DNA of 63,994 bases, filler included. It is 6 parts of 6 records of this genome, joined end to end, with 100 filler letters (N's around TTAATTAATTAA, not from the genome) between each part and the next. Parts side by side here need not be neighbours in the genome. Positions count along the whole stretch, not along the records: positions 29,640 to 36,165 come from SRR2962707_1829; positions 36,266 to 42,620 come from SRR2962707_1831; 4 more parts are not named here. One strand, 5' to 3'. This document shows, piece by piece, positions 29,986-41,496 of the stretch. The notes beneath the pieces were generated by a model. The model was not told the origin of the DNA and made no database searches. It saw nothing but the letters and a program-made list of their open reading frames with translations. Position numbers and translations under genes: made by a program. Numbering within the stretch: position 1 is the stretch's first letter; the number at the start of each line of letters is the position of its first letter.

Positions 29986-31245
29986 ATGGCCACGAAGAGC
30001 ACGCGCGCTTCCAGCTGCGTACACCACGCCGACCGTCATTGGTTCAATGTTTTCGTGAAATCCCCGAGTCGCACGCTGACTGTGCGTGTCAACCCGCATG
30101 CGCCGCTGTCAGACGTTTACGACGCGGTGCGCAGAAAGCTTGGCTTGAGCAGCCAACGACAGCGGCGCCATTTCACATTGTACTATCAAGGGCACGCTCT
30201 GTCGCATGATCGCAGTGCTATCGTACACAACATCCAACGCGAGGCGACCCTTACCATGTCGCTGTGCTCGCACAGAGCAAAAGCGGACCTGACAAGGTGG
30301 GCAATGTCAGATTCGATATATCACGAGAGCCTCCAAAATATCATAGGAATGGGCGACTGTGATATGTTGTGTTCACTGCTTCAACAAATTTCTGATTTGA
30401 AGAATCCAGCAAATGATTTCATACGTACAACGTCCAACTACAAGTCAAAGCTCTTGCAGCATACAGATTTCGGCAGACACTGCATAGATGGTGCTACTCC
30501 CATTATGCTCGCTGCTGGCGGTGTTGGTCCAGGAAAAAGTCGTTCAAGAGTGATTCCGGTCCTGCAGACAATGCTCGCGTGGGAGAAAACAAGGGCGCAA
30601 AGTGGCATTGCTCTTTTCGTGCGGCATTGCAAAGCGAGACACTGGATTGACGAAAGAGTCTTGCAATACAGATTGGCGCCACTGTTGCAATCCAGAGGCT
30701 CCTTTGACAGCATTCCGTCTGTAAATGTGCGCCACGCAAGTTCCGACGAAACTGCTTTGATGGTGGCAGCTCGGTTGGGACACTTCGAGGCGGTAAAATT
30801 GCTCCTTGATGCAGGTGCTGCCCCTCTTATGCAGGACTCTGAGGGTCTGACGGCTTTTGACATGGCATCACTTCGTGGGAACCGGCGATGTGCAGAGCAA
30901 CTACATCTGGCATCATGCTCGCCGGTTTGCTCGTTGCGGTTTGCACCATGCCATTCGGCTGACATGTGCCTTTGCCGAAAAAAATTAGAGCAGAAAATTC
31001 AAAAGCAAAAACGGCAATCCAAGACTGCAGAAGAACCAATATCATTAACAAATTTGGACGACACTCGAATTTCCCACCACAGCAACGCTGCTTCAGTGCC
31101 GGCATCCACTCATCGTCACAATCTTAAACCCACATGTTCTGGTGCAGAAGCGGATTCTTTGCCATTCACATCTGCTCATGAGCGCTGCTTGAAGTGGCTT
31201 ATTAGAGCCAAGGCAAGCATTGATGGTCACCCGCAAGGCAAATGA
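29986..31245 (+). CDS. Eukaryotic protein with a ubiquitin-like domain and ankyrin repeats
   Basis: VFVKSPSRTLTVRV...LYYQGHAL...NIQREATL (Ubl); TPIMLAA and TALMVAARLGHFEAVKLLLDAGA...GLTAFDMA (ANK); in-frame introns not excluded. Confidence 0.75.
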   Translation: MATKSTRASSCVHHADRHWFNVFVKSPSRTLTVRVNPHAPLSDVYDAVRRKLGLSSQRQRRHFTLYYQGHALSHDRSAIVHNIQREATLTMSLCSHRAKADLTRWAMSDSIYHESLQNIIGMGDCDMLCSLLQQISDLKNPANDFIRTTSNYKSKLLQHTDFGRHCIDGATPIMLAAGGVGPGKSRSRVIPVLQTMLAWEKTRAQSGIALFVRHCKARHWIDERVLQYRLAPLLQSRGSFDSIPSVNVRHASSDETALMVAARLGHFEAVKLLLDAGAAPLMQDSEGLTAFDMASLRGNRRCAEQLHLASCSPVCSLRFAPCHSADMCLCRKKLEQKIQKQKRQSKTAEEPISLTNLDDTRISHHSNAASVPASTHRHNLKPTCSGAEADSLPFTSAHERCLKWLIRAKASIDGHPQGK

Positions 31246-31456
31246 TCGATGCAGCCCGATCCTGCCGGCTCAGGCTGGCAGAGAGGAGGCTGAGGATTGA
31301 CATGCCCGTTGCACCAGCAAACCTCGACTCCATTTCCAAAGTTATTAAATTATTTCATTATTTTTAAAAAACAGGACTCATTCATGAAGACTCGCATACC
31401 GGACACATGGATTCGTATGGATTCGTAGTCGTTTATGAACGCAGTGCATGGAAGGC

Positions 31457-34400
31457 TCATTCGGGAGCAGGCACGCTCCGTCGAAACAGACTGATGGCAC
31501 ACCGTGGGAGTGCTTTGCGAAGAACATCACCTTCTTCGGCAAGAGCTGCGCGAAGATTAGCAAAAAAACGTGGACAATTTTATACTCGAGCAGGTATTGT
31601 GCAGCGGAAGGTCCAACATAATTTCGTCACGCAACACGAACAGCCGTGTCAATGCACACAAAAAACGCACCTGAAAAATTGTTATCTTCCAGATACAACA
31701 TTTGCAGCGATGTCAATGAATTCAACTCGGATGGTAAGTTACCTACGTGTTATCAAGTCGCAATTTTGAACCTAATCACTGCGCCAGTGCAAAGATATCA
31801 TTCGATCATGCCCACTACGGGCACTTTCACTGAATGCTTACCAGTGAAGCAGTTGTCGTTCAAACCCAAAACCTCAATCTTTGGTAAGCGGCCCAACTCT
31901 GGCGGAAGGGGTCCTATTATCGAGCAATTTCACACCAATTTGTTTGAATCACATCACGGACACCACGACTTCTGCGCGCAATGTAATTGGTACAGAAACC
32001 CATGCAACAGACGTACCCGTGAGTTGGTTGCCAAAGAGCCAAAGGTCACGAAGTTTAGGAAGAGTACACAGTTCAGTAGGTATTTTGCCTGTTGGTCAAT
32101 AAAAAATACACAAGTCCTCACTTCCAAATTCGATTGAGACTGACAATAAAAGTGCCACGCATCGATGAGGTAAATCGATCAATAACTACCTCCTAAGCAG
32201 TTGTCGCGGAGAGACAACTTGGTCAGGTTACGCAAGTGCCCAAGCTCACTGGGAATAGGCCCTGTTAGTTGGTTGCTGTTCAAGCGAAGTTGCTGCAGCT
32301 CATGAAGCAATCCGAGCTCGGAAGGAAGACGACCTGCATGCACCGCCCACAAAAGTCACTGAAATACTTCAGGAACTTGCAACCCCAAAAACAGACCAAA
32401 TAGCGTGCACGCACGAGGCAAACAAACCTCGTAACCCGTTTCTGTTGAGCTCCAACTCGACAACGCAGAGCCGCTGGGACCGAGTACTCGCCAGCGACGT
32501 ACCAGGCGCAAGTAGCACTCCGCGCCACTGACTCAAAGGGGTGTCTGTACACCACCCAGTTCGGTCACGCCAGCCAGATGAAGAAGCATTTCGCGGAATC
32601 CGTGACCAGAGAACATCCGTGGCTGAACTGGTATTTGCGATATCGTGCCCGAAGCCACCCGTTGCACGAAACAACGCCGGCAAAGCATCCCAGGCAGAGT
32701 CAAATTGTGGATGTGCCTCGATAGCAGCTCGGGCCATCTTGGCCCTCGCAAGCTTCTCTCCGTCCCGATTCTGGATTAAAGTTGTGCACAAGGCGTGTGC
32801 AGAGTTACCGGCCACGTCCAAAGAGTTCACGGCATCGCCAATCACGAGCAGTATCCGGGAAAGAAGCCCATCAAATAACCCGTCTTCACGAAGCACTACG
32901 AAGTGGAGTGGGGTGTGTCCAGAGGTGGGGTCCCGACAGTGCCGCACCTGCGGCCCGATTATTTGAATGACTTTCTCAAGGTCCCTGTCATCGACTTCAA
33001 GCGAACGGGCGATGTTGACTGACAAATTGCCCGAGTCAGCACTTGTTGTCCATCGTGGAAAATTAACAAAGTACTGTACCACTTTCTGGTTGTCGTCGCG
33101 GAGCGCATCAAGTAGGAAACTGGTCTCCCGACGCACGCCAGCGTAACTGCATGCATTCGCACACACGCACAGTAATTCAGGAATTCAATCGTGACGTACA
33201 TTGTGATCAAAGTTGTCGCTCGGTATTGGTTCATGACTGCGCTACAAGCAACAATAAAGCAGTAATCTGGCACATTGACGGCACGTACGAGTAAAAATCA
33301 GCCACCAGGTCAGATGCCGATGGCGTCCGCATGATTTTGTACCACATATGACTTTCACGACGCATTAGCAAATACTCTGTCAGCAAAAATTGAACCTCTA
33401 CAATAAATACCACTGGAGTTGCTCTCAAACGTGCGTTGTTGAACAGCGAAAACTGCAGTCGTGTGACCAATTCTATCAGCCGGGGAAGATGTCTAAGCGA
33501 GTCTGGTACTTTCCAGTCCTGAAGTGCAGCAGTTCGAGCCGCAGCGTTGTATTCGACAAGCTCGGCTACGGGTAGTGACGGTGGTCCACGCTTGTCATCC
33601 GCGTGCCGGTCGTCAGCTAAGTGATCATACGAGAGCAGAACATTCTGTCCAGAAGCATCGAATCCACGCACTGTGCCTTTGCGACGGCCGAACCAAAGGT
33701 TTTCTTTGTCGACCACAACGAGCTCTCCGACTCCTAGAAAGCGAGGCAGGAATCCGGAGGCATCCGCATCGATGAGATCACCCCAGGTCAACGGAAGCTC
33801 TTGACGGAAGTTTGCCAAGAGTGACCGATACCTGGCAGAATATGGAACGCAGACAATTTGTTTCGGCTTAGGATAAAAAAACGAGGACAGCAATCAGCAC
33901 TCAAGACATTTCGTTCAAGTTGGCAATGAAGGCATACCCATAGCTTTCTGTGAGCGCGTTGAAGCTTCGCCGGAAGTTGTTCTTGGCTCGAACGCAGTGA
34001 AGGCCACGGCTTGAGCATGCATGGAAACATTCAACTAAGTTCTTAGGCTCCTCAAAAATGAGTGCTGCTCGGGCAGTGTCCAAGTTTGCAGCAGCCTTCG
34101 GTTCTGGCTCGTTTACGTGATCGCGGTGCAATTTGGCTGCCATTCTCACACAAGTCTTTGGTGGTGCTGCATGCCATTGCCCGTTGTGTGTCGCAGCAAG
34201 CTCTTTTGCGGCGCCTTGGAAGAAGGGATCAAACAACCGGGCTAAGTACCTGCAATATCAACAAAGTATGGCGTTGAATTTCGATCATCAAGCACTCGTC
34301 AACCCAGTATTTCAGGTGGCAAATGGACGACAAAGATTTCCGAAAGTGTTCGGAAGTCCACGGAAGCGGTCAGCTTGAGAGCGGCACCTCAGTGCACACG

Positions 34401-35950
34401 TACTCTAAAATCACGAGAAATTCGCTGTCGTGAGGTTGCATCCCGCCCAACGTCGCAGAAAGTGGTTTTTTCAAAGCATGCTTGAAAGGTATGATGCCTT
34501 TTCTGTCCATGCGCGGTTTTTTTGACCGCTTTGGCGGCAGTTTGACGTGCGAAAACTCGCCGCACACCCGCTTGTAAAGTGAGGATTCACCCCGTTTTGC
34601 GATTTCTTCTAACTTCACATGTGCCTGGCTTCGAAGGAACGCATACACATCACGATTGCAGCCGTGAATATTCCAGGTACGATTGCCAATCAACGCCTTC
34701 AAGGATCGTAGAATTAAATCTTCGTCGGCAGCGGACAAAAACGGGTGGGCTCTTCGGGACGGTGACACGATAGGACCATCCACGAGAGAAGTTCGGCAGT
34801 CCAAGACGGCTTCTATGCCCCCATCTACTTTCTCAGCACCATCTGATGCAACCGCACTATGGTCCAAGTCACTGGTGCCATGTGTCGCTGACTCGCGCCC
34901 CCGCCACGGGTTTCCGTCTGCGACACTACCGCCAGCATTCAGACTTCGGTTTTTAGGAGCTACAAAATTTGCTGGTTTCTCGCACAGTAAAATACACAGA
35001 CATGCTTGCACATATCGAGTGATACATGCACGACACTCCGACAGAGACATCCCGATTCGAGGAGACGCAAGCTCTGCGTCTGTGTAGCGGCGAACTTCCC
35101 CATTGGCAGCAGTCAGATTTCCGAGCTGAAGAAAAGCCACAACGACTTCTAAGTCAGCCGTGGTGAGCACACATGTATCGCCAGAAATTCGGGGCAGCGG
35201 CATCGACAAGTCGTCGTGCCGAACAGTGTGTTCAGCTCGTTTTGCGTTTGCAGAACCAACAGTCTTGCGGACAGCAGACATTTTAGGCAAAGAAGCAGAT
35301 GGGAGGAGTGACAGCTTCAAAACTGAGCTTGATTCTCTTGCAGTGGCTCCTTTGGTGCTGAATTCTTGAAAAAGACACTGCATGCGCAAGAGGCGTTCCC
35401 AAATGGCGGGGTCCTGAGCGTAGTGACATCGCGTGGCAACGTTGGCTTGTGGTAAGGAAGCCGCACACACGCGCTGCCAGCCTCCACCTCCATGGTCCAC
35501 TGTCGCGACACTTTGCATGGCAGCGGAGGTACTAGCGCTGCAGGGGAGTGACTCGCGCGAAGCCGTTGGAGAATTGGAACTTCGTCTCGAGTGTTGGCTC
35601 TCTTGAAAGGCGGACACAGGAATTTTAAGGCAGTCGTCACACACAGTGCAGGTGCACATCACTGCAGCATCTTGTTGCTGGACGCTGCGCGGCACAGCCA
35701 CCCAGTGCTCACCAAACTGCTCGTCTTGGACGTGGCATCCGCCAGGAACGTTCCTGTAGGAGCACTTCCAAGATTGCCGTCGCAGCAGATCGGCAGCGCA
35801 ACGGCGAAGTGGCATTCCATGTCGACACTTCCTTCGCTTCTGAGAACTCGACACTCTTGTTGAAGGTGCATGAGCGTGACCATCTGGTGCTGGGGCGTTT
35901 GTGCTCGACTTTGTCTCTGCCTCGCCTTGCTGGCCGTGAGAATTTCCCAT
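31457..35950 (-). CDS. Nine-exon RelA/SpoT-like nucleotidyltransferase-ankyrin-LRR protein (1189 aa)
   Basis: Exons 35950-34404, 34249-33938, 33831-33289, 33146-32428, 32333-32190, 32088-32017, 31913-31842, 31742-31671, 31545-31457. All eight introns are GT-AG and phase-compatible; total 3570 nt. Splicing restores GYRS and continuous LRR repeats. Confidence 0.8.
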
Positions 35951-36165
35951 TCGAAAAAAGATTCTTGACCGTGTGAAGGCAGGGAGCAACAACAACAACA
36001 ACACAAAGCAAGAAAACGCTTTGCTCTGCGGTAATCGCAAATGAACGCCCTCCCACGCGAGCTGAACACCGAAGAAACGAAGGATGGGACGTGGGAGTGG
36101 AAGTGGTGAGGCCACCGTCTTCTCCGCACCTCTCACCACTTCTCACCACAAGAAGAAAAACGACA

Positions 36166-36265
36166 NNNNNNNNNNNNNNNNNNNNNNNNNNNNNNNNNNN
36201 NNNNNNNNNTTAATTAATTAANNNNNNNNNNNNNNNNNNNNNNNNNNNNNNNNNNNNNNNNNNNN
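36166..36265. other. Artificial contig linker
   Basis: N44-TTAATTAATTAA-N44. Confidence 0.98.
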
Positions 36266-36300
36266 CGTTGGTACCCACACGGACGCTCACTCAGCCAGCC

Positions 36301-39300
36301 ATGAGCTCCCAGGCTGTGCGTCAAGGAGTGTGGCGGATGAAGTCTGGGGACATTGTGGACGGGTCAAAACCTTACTTTTACAACGTGGAGACAGGCGAGA
36401 CGGCGTGGGAGCTGCCGCCACCTGTGAAGCGGGCCCGCGAGCAGCTGCTGAACTACTTGCAGAAGATCGACTTGTTCAAGGTGCTCGACTGGACGCAGCT
36501 GAATGAGGTGGCAGATGCTCTGCGAATGGAATCGTTTGCCCCTGAATCCACGATCATTCGTGAGAACGAGGAGGGCGACACGTTTTATTTGATTCACAAA
36601 GGGAAGGTGGAGGTGTACAAGGGCGACTCGTTTGTCGTCACGTTGAAGCAGGGAGCTTTTTTTGGCGAGCAGGCATTGCTGACGAAGTCCCGCCGGAATG
36701 CCACCATCAAAGTATGATTGTCATTTGAATCGGAATTTTGCGAACGCATGTGTGAGGGTGCAAGCTTGGCTGGCACGCATGTTCGGTGTTGTTGCACAGT
36801 GATTGGCCGGCGGAGCTGTTTCCTTGGCATGGCGTGCTTGACGTGCTGTGTCGCTTGTTGTTTTCTCGCTTGCCGGCGGTGCAGACTCCGAAAAATGAAT
36901 CGACGTCCTGCCTGCTCATGGACCGATCACACTTTGAGCAACTTCTCGGCCCACTTGCTCAGCTCATGAATGCCGTGAATTCAAAGGTTTGGTGTGCTTC
37001 TTGGTATTGGTGATAGTTGACTGACCGTTCTGCAAATGCAGTGCCCGATGCCAGGAGCTGATTTTCTTTTTCAAACGTTTGCCTGGCGACAGCGTGAGGC
37101 ATTGCGCCGGCAACAAAACTCGTCGCGAAAGCTTCGAAAGCGAATGATGCACTTGGAACGCATGATGAACCCGAAGCTTGCTGCAGAGTTAGAGGTTCAG
37201 CGCCTGGCAGATGACCGTGGTATATCCACTGCGCAAGCAGAGGCAGTATTTCGAAAAAAAGAGGTGCAAAGGCGTCGATCGATACAAGAAGGGTTGTCAA
37301 AAGGCAATGTACGTTCATCCTCCGTGTCCCCGCTGCCGTATCGGCTGTTGATGTGGGTTATGTGACAGTTTACCCCCACGACTGTACATACTGCCGTAGA
37401 TCCGCCACGGCACATCTCAGTTTCATGATGAATTTGAAGATGCCGGGCCGCATGAGGAAAGCGGAGGCGCCAATTTCAACGAACCTTTGTTGAAATGGTC
37501 ACACTTGTGGCAGCCCAAGTGAGTCAAAATCAAGGCCGTTTGCATGTGCCGACGCATGGATATATGGCAAGCATGTCACGTACATGACGTTTGATGTGCG
37601 ATCGCTGGATTTTTGAAATTGGGGCAGGTGGGAAAATCGCGCAAAGTTGTTAGCAATGCGCCACATGCAATTTTCGAGGCTGGAAATTCAGGCAGTGCTT
37701 GGCAAGCATCGTGGCCACGCTGGCATGGCGAGTTGCTTGCTTGTTGCCCATTTTTTTCGTTTCGTTGTGATAGCACGTGTGTGTAAACAACCGAGTTTAT
37801 TGTGCCCAGGCAACATTGGAACTGGAGTCCCTCGCCGCGATCGAGGAGGTGCAGTGCTGATTGTTGCCTTGCCCCGCTATTTTGTTCCGTCGGTCATTCT
37901 CAAGTAGCCTAATGAATCTCGACTTGGTGCACTCACAGATCCGAGCGTCTGGGCGTGATTCGTTTTTTACGTTGGATCAAGAATCGGCTCGACGGCATCA
38001 AGCGCTTGCAGTCAAGCAGGTTGGTTGGTTGCTTGGGAAACGCATTGCCACGCGGTGATTTTTACAAGAACTTGCATGAGGACGTCGCTCATTTTCCGCA
38101 CACGTGATTTTTTCGTTCAGGGCTTGAAAAAGCGTAAGATGCGCAAACGTGGTCAAAATCAAGGCCAAGGGACGCCTGGTAGCAGTACGCGTAGCAGCCC
38201 TCGTCGAGGAAGACGAGGTAGCCGCAGTCGTAGTCACAGCCGTAGTCACAGTCGTAGTCACAGTCGTAGTCACAGTCGCAGAGCGTCCAGCGTCTCAGGA
38301 CTGGCAGGCAATAGTATGGCCAGCATTATCAATCAAAATCGTTTTTTAAGCACCATGATAAAGAGTGCCCACCGAGCGCGGGAGAGGGTAAGCATCGACA
38401 AGACACACACCCCAAGCACTTTGTGCACCGTTTTCGCTTTGATGGCATTGGAGTATATTCAGGCCGGATCGGTTTTGCGAACTTTGACCTTTTCAGGTTC
38501 GACGGGCTTCGCAGGAATACCCGGACCAGCTGCACATCCACAACGGGACAAAACTTGAACTACTGACCACCAGCAACGAAACGGATGCAAAAGATGGCAG
38601 AGGCGGTGGACTGCCCCCGACGCCTTCCCGACGCCTGGAACGGTCGTTAATGGGCATTGCAGCAATTCGGAGAGCAAGTGGAAAAACTCTAGTTGCGCCA
38701 CCGCCTCCGCTGGCAGACGACAATTCTAGGTCCGTGCACTCCTACGTTCACCGCTACATGCACACTGAAAATGTCAGGTTTGCTATCGCCTCTTTTTGTT
38801 GCTTATTGGTGTCTTGTATGCCATGAATTGTGGGGTTAGGGAACTGGCACAACCAGGGCTGTCGCCGCAAGGAAGTGCGCGGACACGCAGCCTGAGGAAT
38901 GTGCCTTCGTCGCTTAGAAAGGTATGTGGCTATGTGCGGCTTTGCTCGTTGATGCTGGGATGTCTGAAATAATTGATTTCACCAGACTGTGTTTCACGCA
39001 TTGTGGCTTACTGTAGGCAAGCATGTTTGGCAAGTTAAGTGGGGGTGCAAGACGGCAATTCCAAAAGTCGTATGATCAAGGTGCGCCCGCCCCGGCCTGA
39101 AGACCCGAGATCCCGGTTGCGTAACACGCGCGATGGCGATGCTCACTTAAACCTGTTGATTTCTGTATTGGTTCTTTTAGGGCTTAAAACAAATGCTGAG
39201 CGATCCGTGTCACTTCTGCCACCTCCGCGAATTGGTAAGTTTTAGTGAGTTGCTGGCTATTGGTGATTGTTTCTTGCTGCCAATTTAGCTGATTCATTGG

Positions 39301-41396
39301 TGCACACTCAGGGAGCCCAAGAGTTTCGTTCACAAGACAGCCGTCTGAAGGTTCGCGCACTGAAATTGCGTCGTCCGGTGCCATGACATGTTAACCAAGT
39401 GCCAAGCGTTTGCTGACTGGTTTTTTGTGTGTGCCGTGATGTAGCCAAAAGCATGGGCTTGAAGAAAGCCACTCCGCTAGACATGGCAGCTGCTGACCTC
39501 AAGGTGCGTTACGCCGTTGTACTCTGTTTTATGTGGCGGTTTAGTTCTGCTGGCTAACTGTGGGGCTGATGCCAATTTGCCCAGGCGTTTTTCGGCTCGG
39601 ATAATGTGCCCTCAGCCGATGAGGAGTGGGATAGCGATGAAGAAGATGACCATGTGATCACGGTGGGTTTGCAGTTGGAATTTTGTGAAGCGGTGTGCGT
39701 GGGCGCACTTTGAAATTGTTGCACCACTAATCCGAATTTTGAATTGCAGGTCACGGACGCCATGCTCGATGACCCCGAGGTGACGAGTCCCCGCCACAAA
39801 CCATTTCGCGTATCGTCAGAAAACGAGACGTTGGACGCGACAGGCTCTTCATTGCCAACGGATGCCGCAGGTGATCCGCCATCGCCCATGGTCGGGGCTC
39901 GAGGACGCGAAGCATCCCAGTCTGAACTGGAACAACGCAGCGAACAGGGAACAACTCAGGGCCAAAGCGCCGAAGTTGGTGAAGCAATTGACGTTCTTGT
40001 CGTTGGTGACTGGGTACGATAAAGCTGTTGATTCACACTGCTCCTTGGTCGTGCTTGATCCCCAACCGAATACCCCACTCCTTTGCGCTGGTGCACTTCG
40101 GTCTTTGCATTTCGTTTTGCTTTCAGGAAATGCACCACGATCCAAAAACGAACCTTGACTATTTTGTAAACACCGGTGAGCGAACGGTTGTGTGCCAGCA
40201 ATGGTTCATTGTGTCGGTGTTGTTTGATGGGGTGATATGGTGCAGGAGTTTCTTTTCACTTTGAAATTGTTTCTTGTCGCGATGTTGCAATGCTGATTCA
40301 GTGTCGCAAGTGACAACATGGCAAATGCCCGCGAAAGTTGAGGCGGCACTTGAAGCCCTGGAATCTGAATCTCAGGCTGATGACTGTCGGGTAGGAAGCT
40401 CAATTTTGCAGGCGCTTGCTCATATGAGAGGGCTTCCCGTGCTCACTTCAACGCGTGTTTCGTGTAGCATTCTACTGCTGATTTAGGACAGCAAGCAACG
40501 GAAAGCAGCTCAGGCATTGACGATTGGACAATTCACGTCGATGATCAAAGCGGCTTGGAGTATTTTGTCAACCGTCACACGGGTGAGACATCATGGGAGC
40601 TCCCAGATGCAGTCCTCAAGAGTTTGCAAGAATCGGCTGCAGGCTGTTTCGAGACCTCTTCAGCAAGGAAGAGCGACGAGGGCGCAGTTGAAGCAAAACA
40701 TTCTGAAGAGGATACAACGTCCGATGCATGGCTTGTATTCACGGATGATGCGTCAGGTGTGCCTTGCAATTTTTGTTTTCGTTCGAAATTTGGTATTGCA
40801 CTGAACACCACTTGACATTGACACTGACTGAATGCTGTTTCTCGTCGTTGGTGACAGGACGGCAGTATTTCGTTCACGCTGCCTCTGGTGTGACGAAGTG
40901 GCGGGTCCCTAAAGGTGCCCGTGTTATTGGTGGTGCAGAGCCGAACAAAGTACCGGCTGAGCGTGCAGGTGGAATGCACACTCCGCACGAACAACACCTC
41001 AATGACAGCGATGCGAGGGTGTCAGGGGCGACAGTAGCACCGGGGAAGGATCTGCCCGATGACTTGCAAGCGCACCAGGCATGGGTGCGTTTGAATGCTC
41101 CTGCAAACAAAAAAGGCAGAAAAGTGTACTTCTGCAATATGCGAACACGCAAGACAAAGTGGACGCTGGGGCCAGGTGATGTGTGCACGCTCCAGCAAAC
41201 GTAAGTGAAGCTGCATGTATCTTGGTGTTGCATCTGGTGGTTGCGTCCTTCGCTGTGCCAATGGCTATTGGCTGCCATCAGGATTTTGTTCGGAACAAGT
41301 TGCATCCTGCCCTATATTGTGTTTTTGCTCCGTTCACGCAGGGTCGACGGCACTGTTGTGGAGCTTCCAGAGTCGCAATGGGTGCATGGTAGTTGA
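36301..41396 (+). CDS. Multi-exon eukaryotic protein with a cNMP-binding domain and about five WW domains
   Basis: Exon 1 (36301-36711): WW (W...YFYNVETGETAWELP) and cNMP domain (IIRENEEGDTFYLI...FFGEQALL...RNATI). Four more WW motifs lie at about 40000-41180. Middle exons not fully resolved. Confidence 0.65.
38225..38278 (+). repeat. 12-bp tandem repeat (CAGTCGTAGTCA, about 4.5 copies) encoding SRSH repeats
   Basis: Seen directly. Confidence 0.85.
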
Positions 41397-41496
41397 CAGC
41401 CTTCGCAGTATAGGTGATAATAGAATAATACTCGAGCAGACATTGTATTGCCTGCGGATTAGCATAGACGTTCCAGTATTATTCCTAGTTCGTTCG

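Noticed and set aside
38225-38278. Short tandem repeats as a CRISPR-like array (also 42771-42806)
   Set aside because: No unique spacers, units only 9-12 bp, eukaryotic context and no cas genes.
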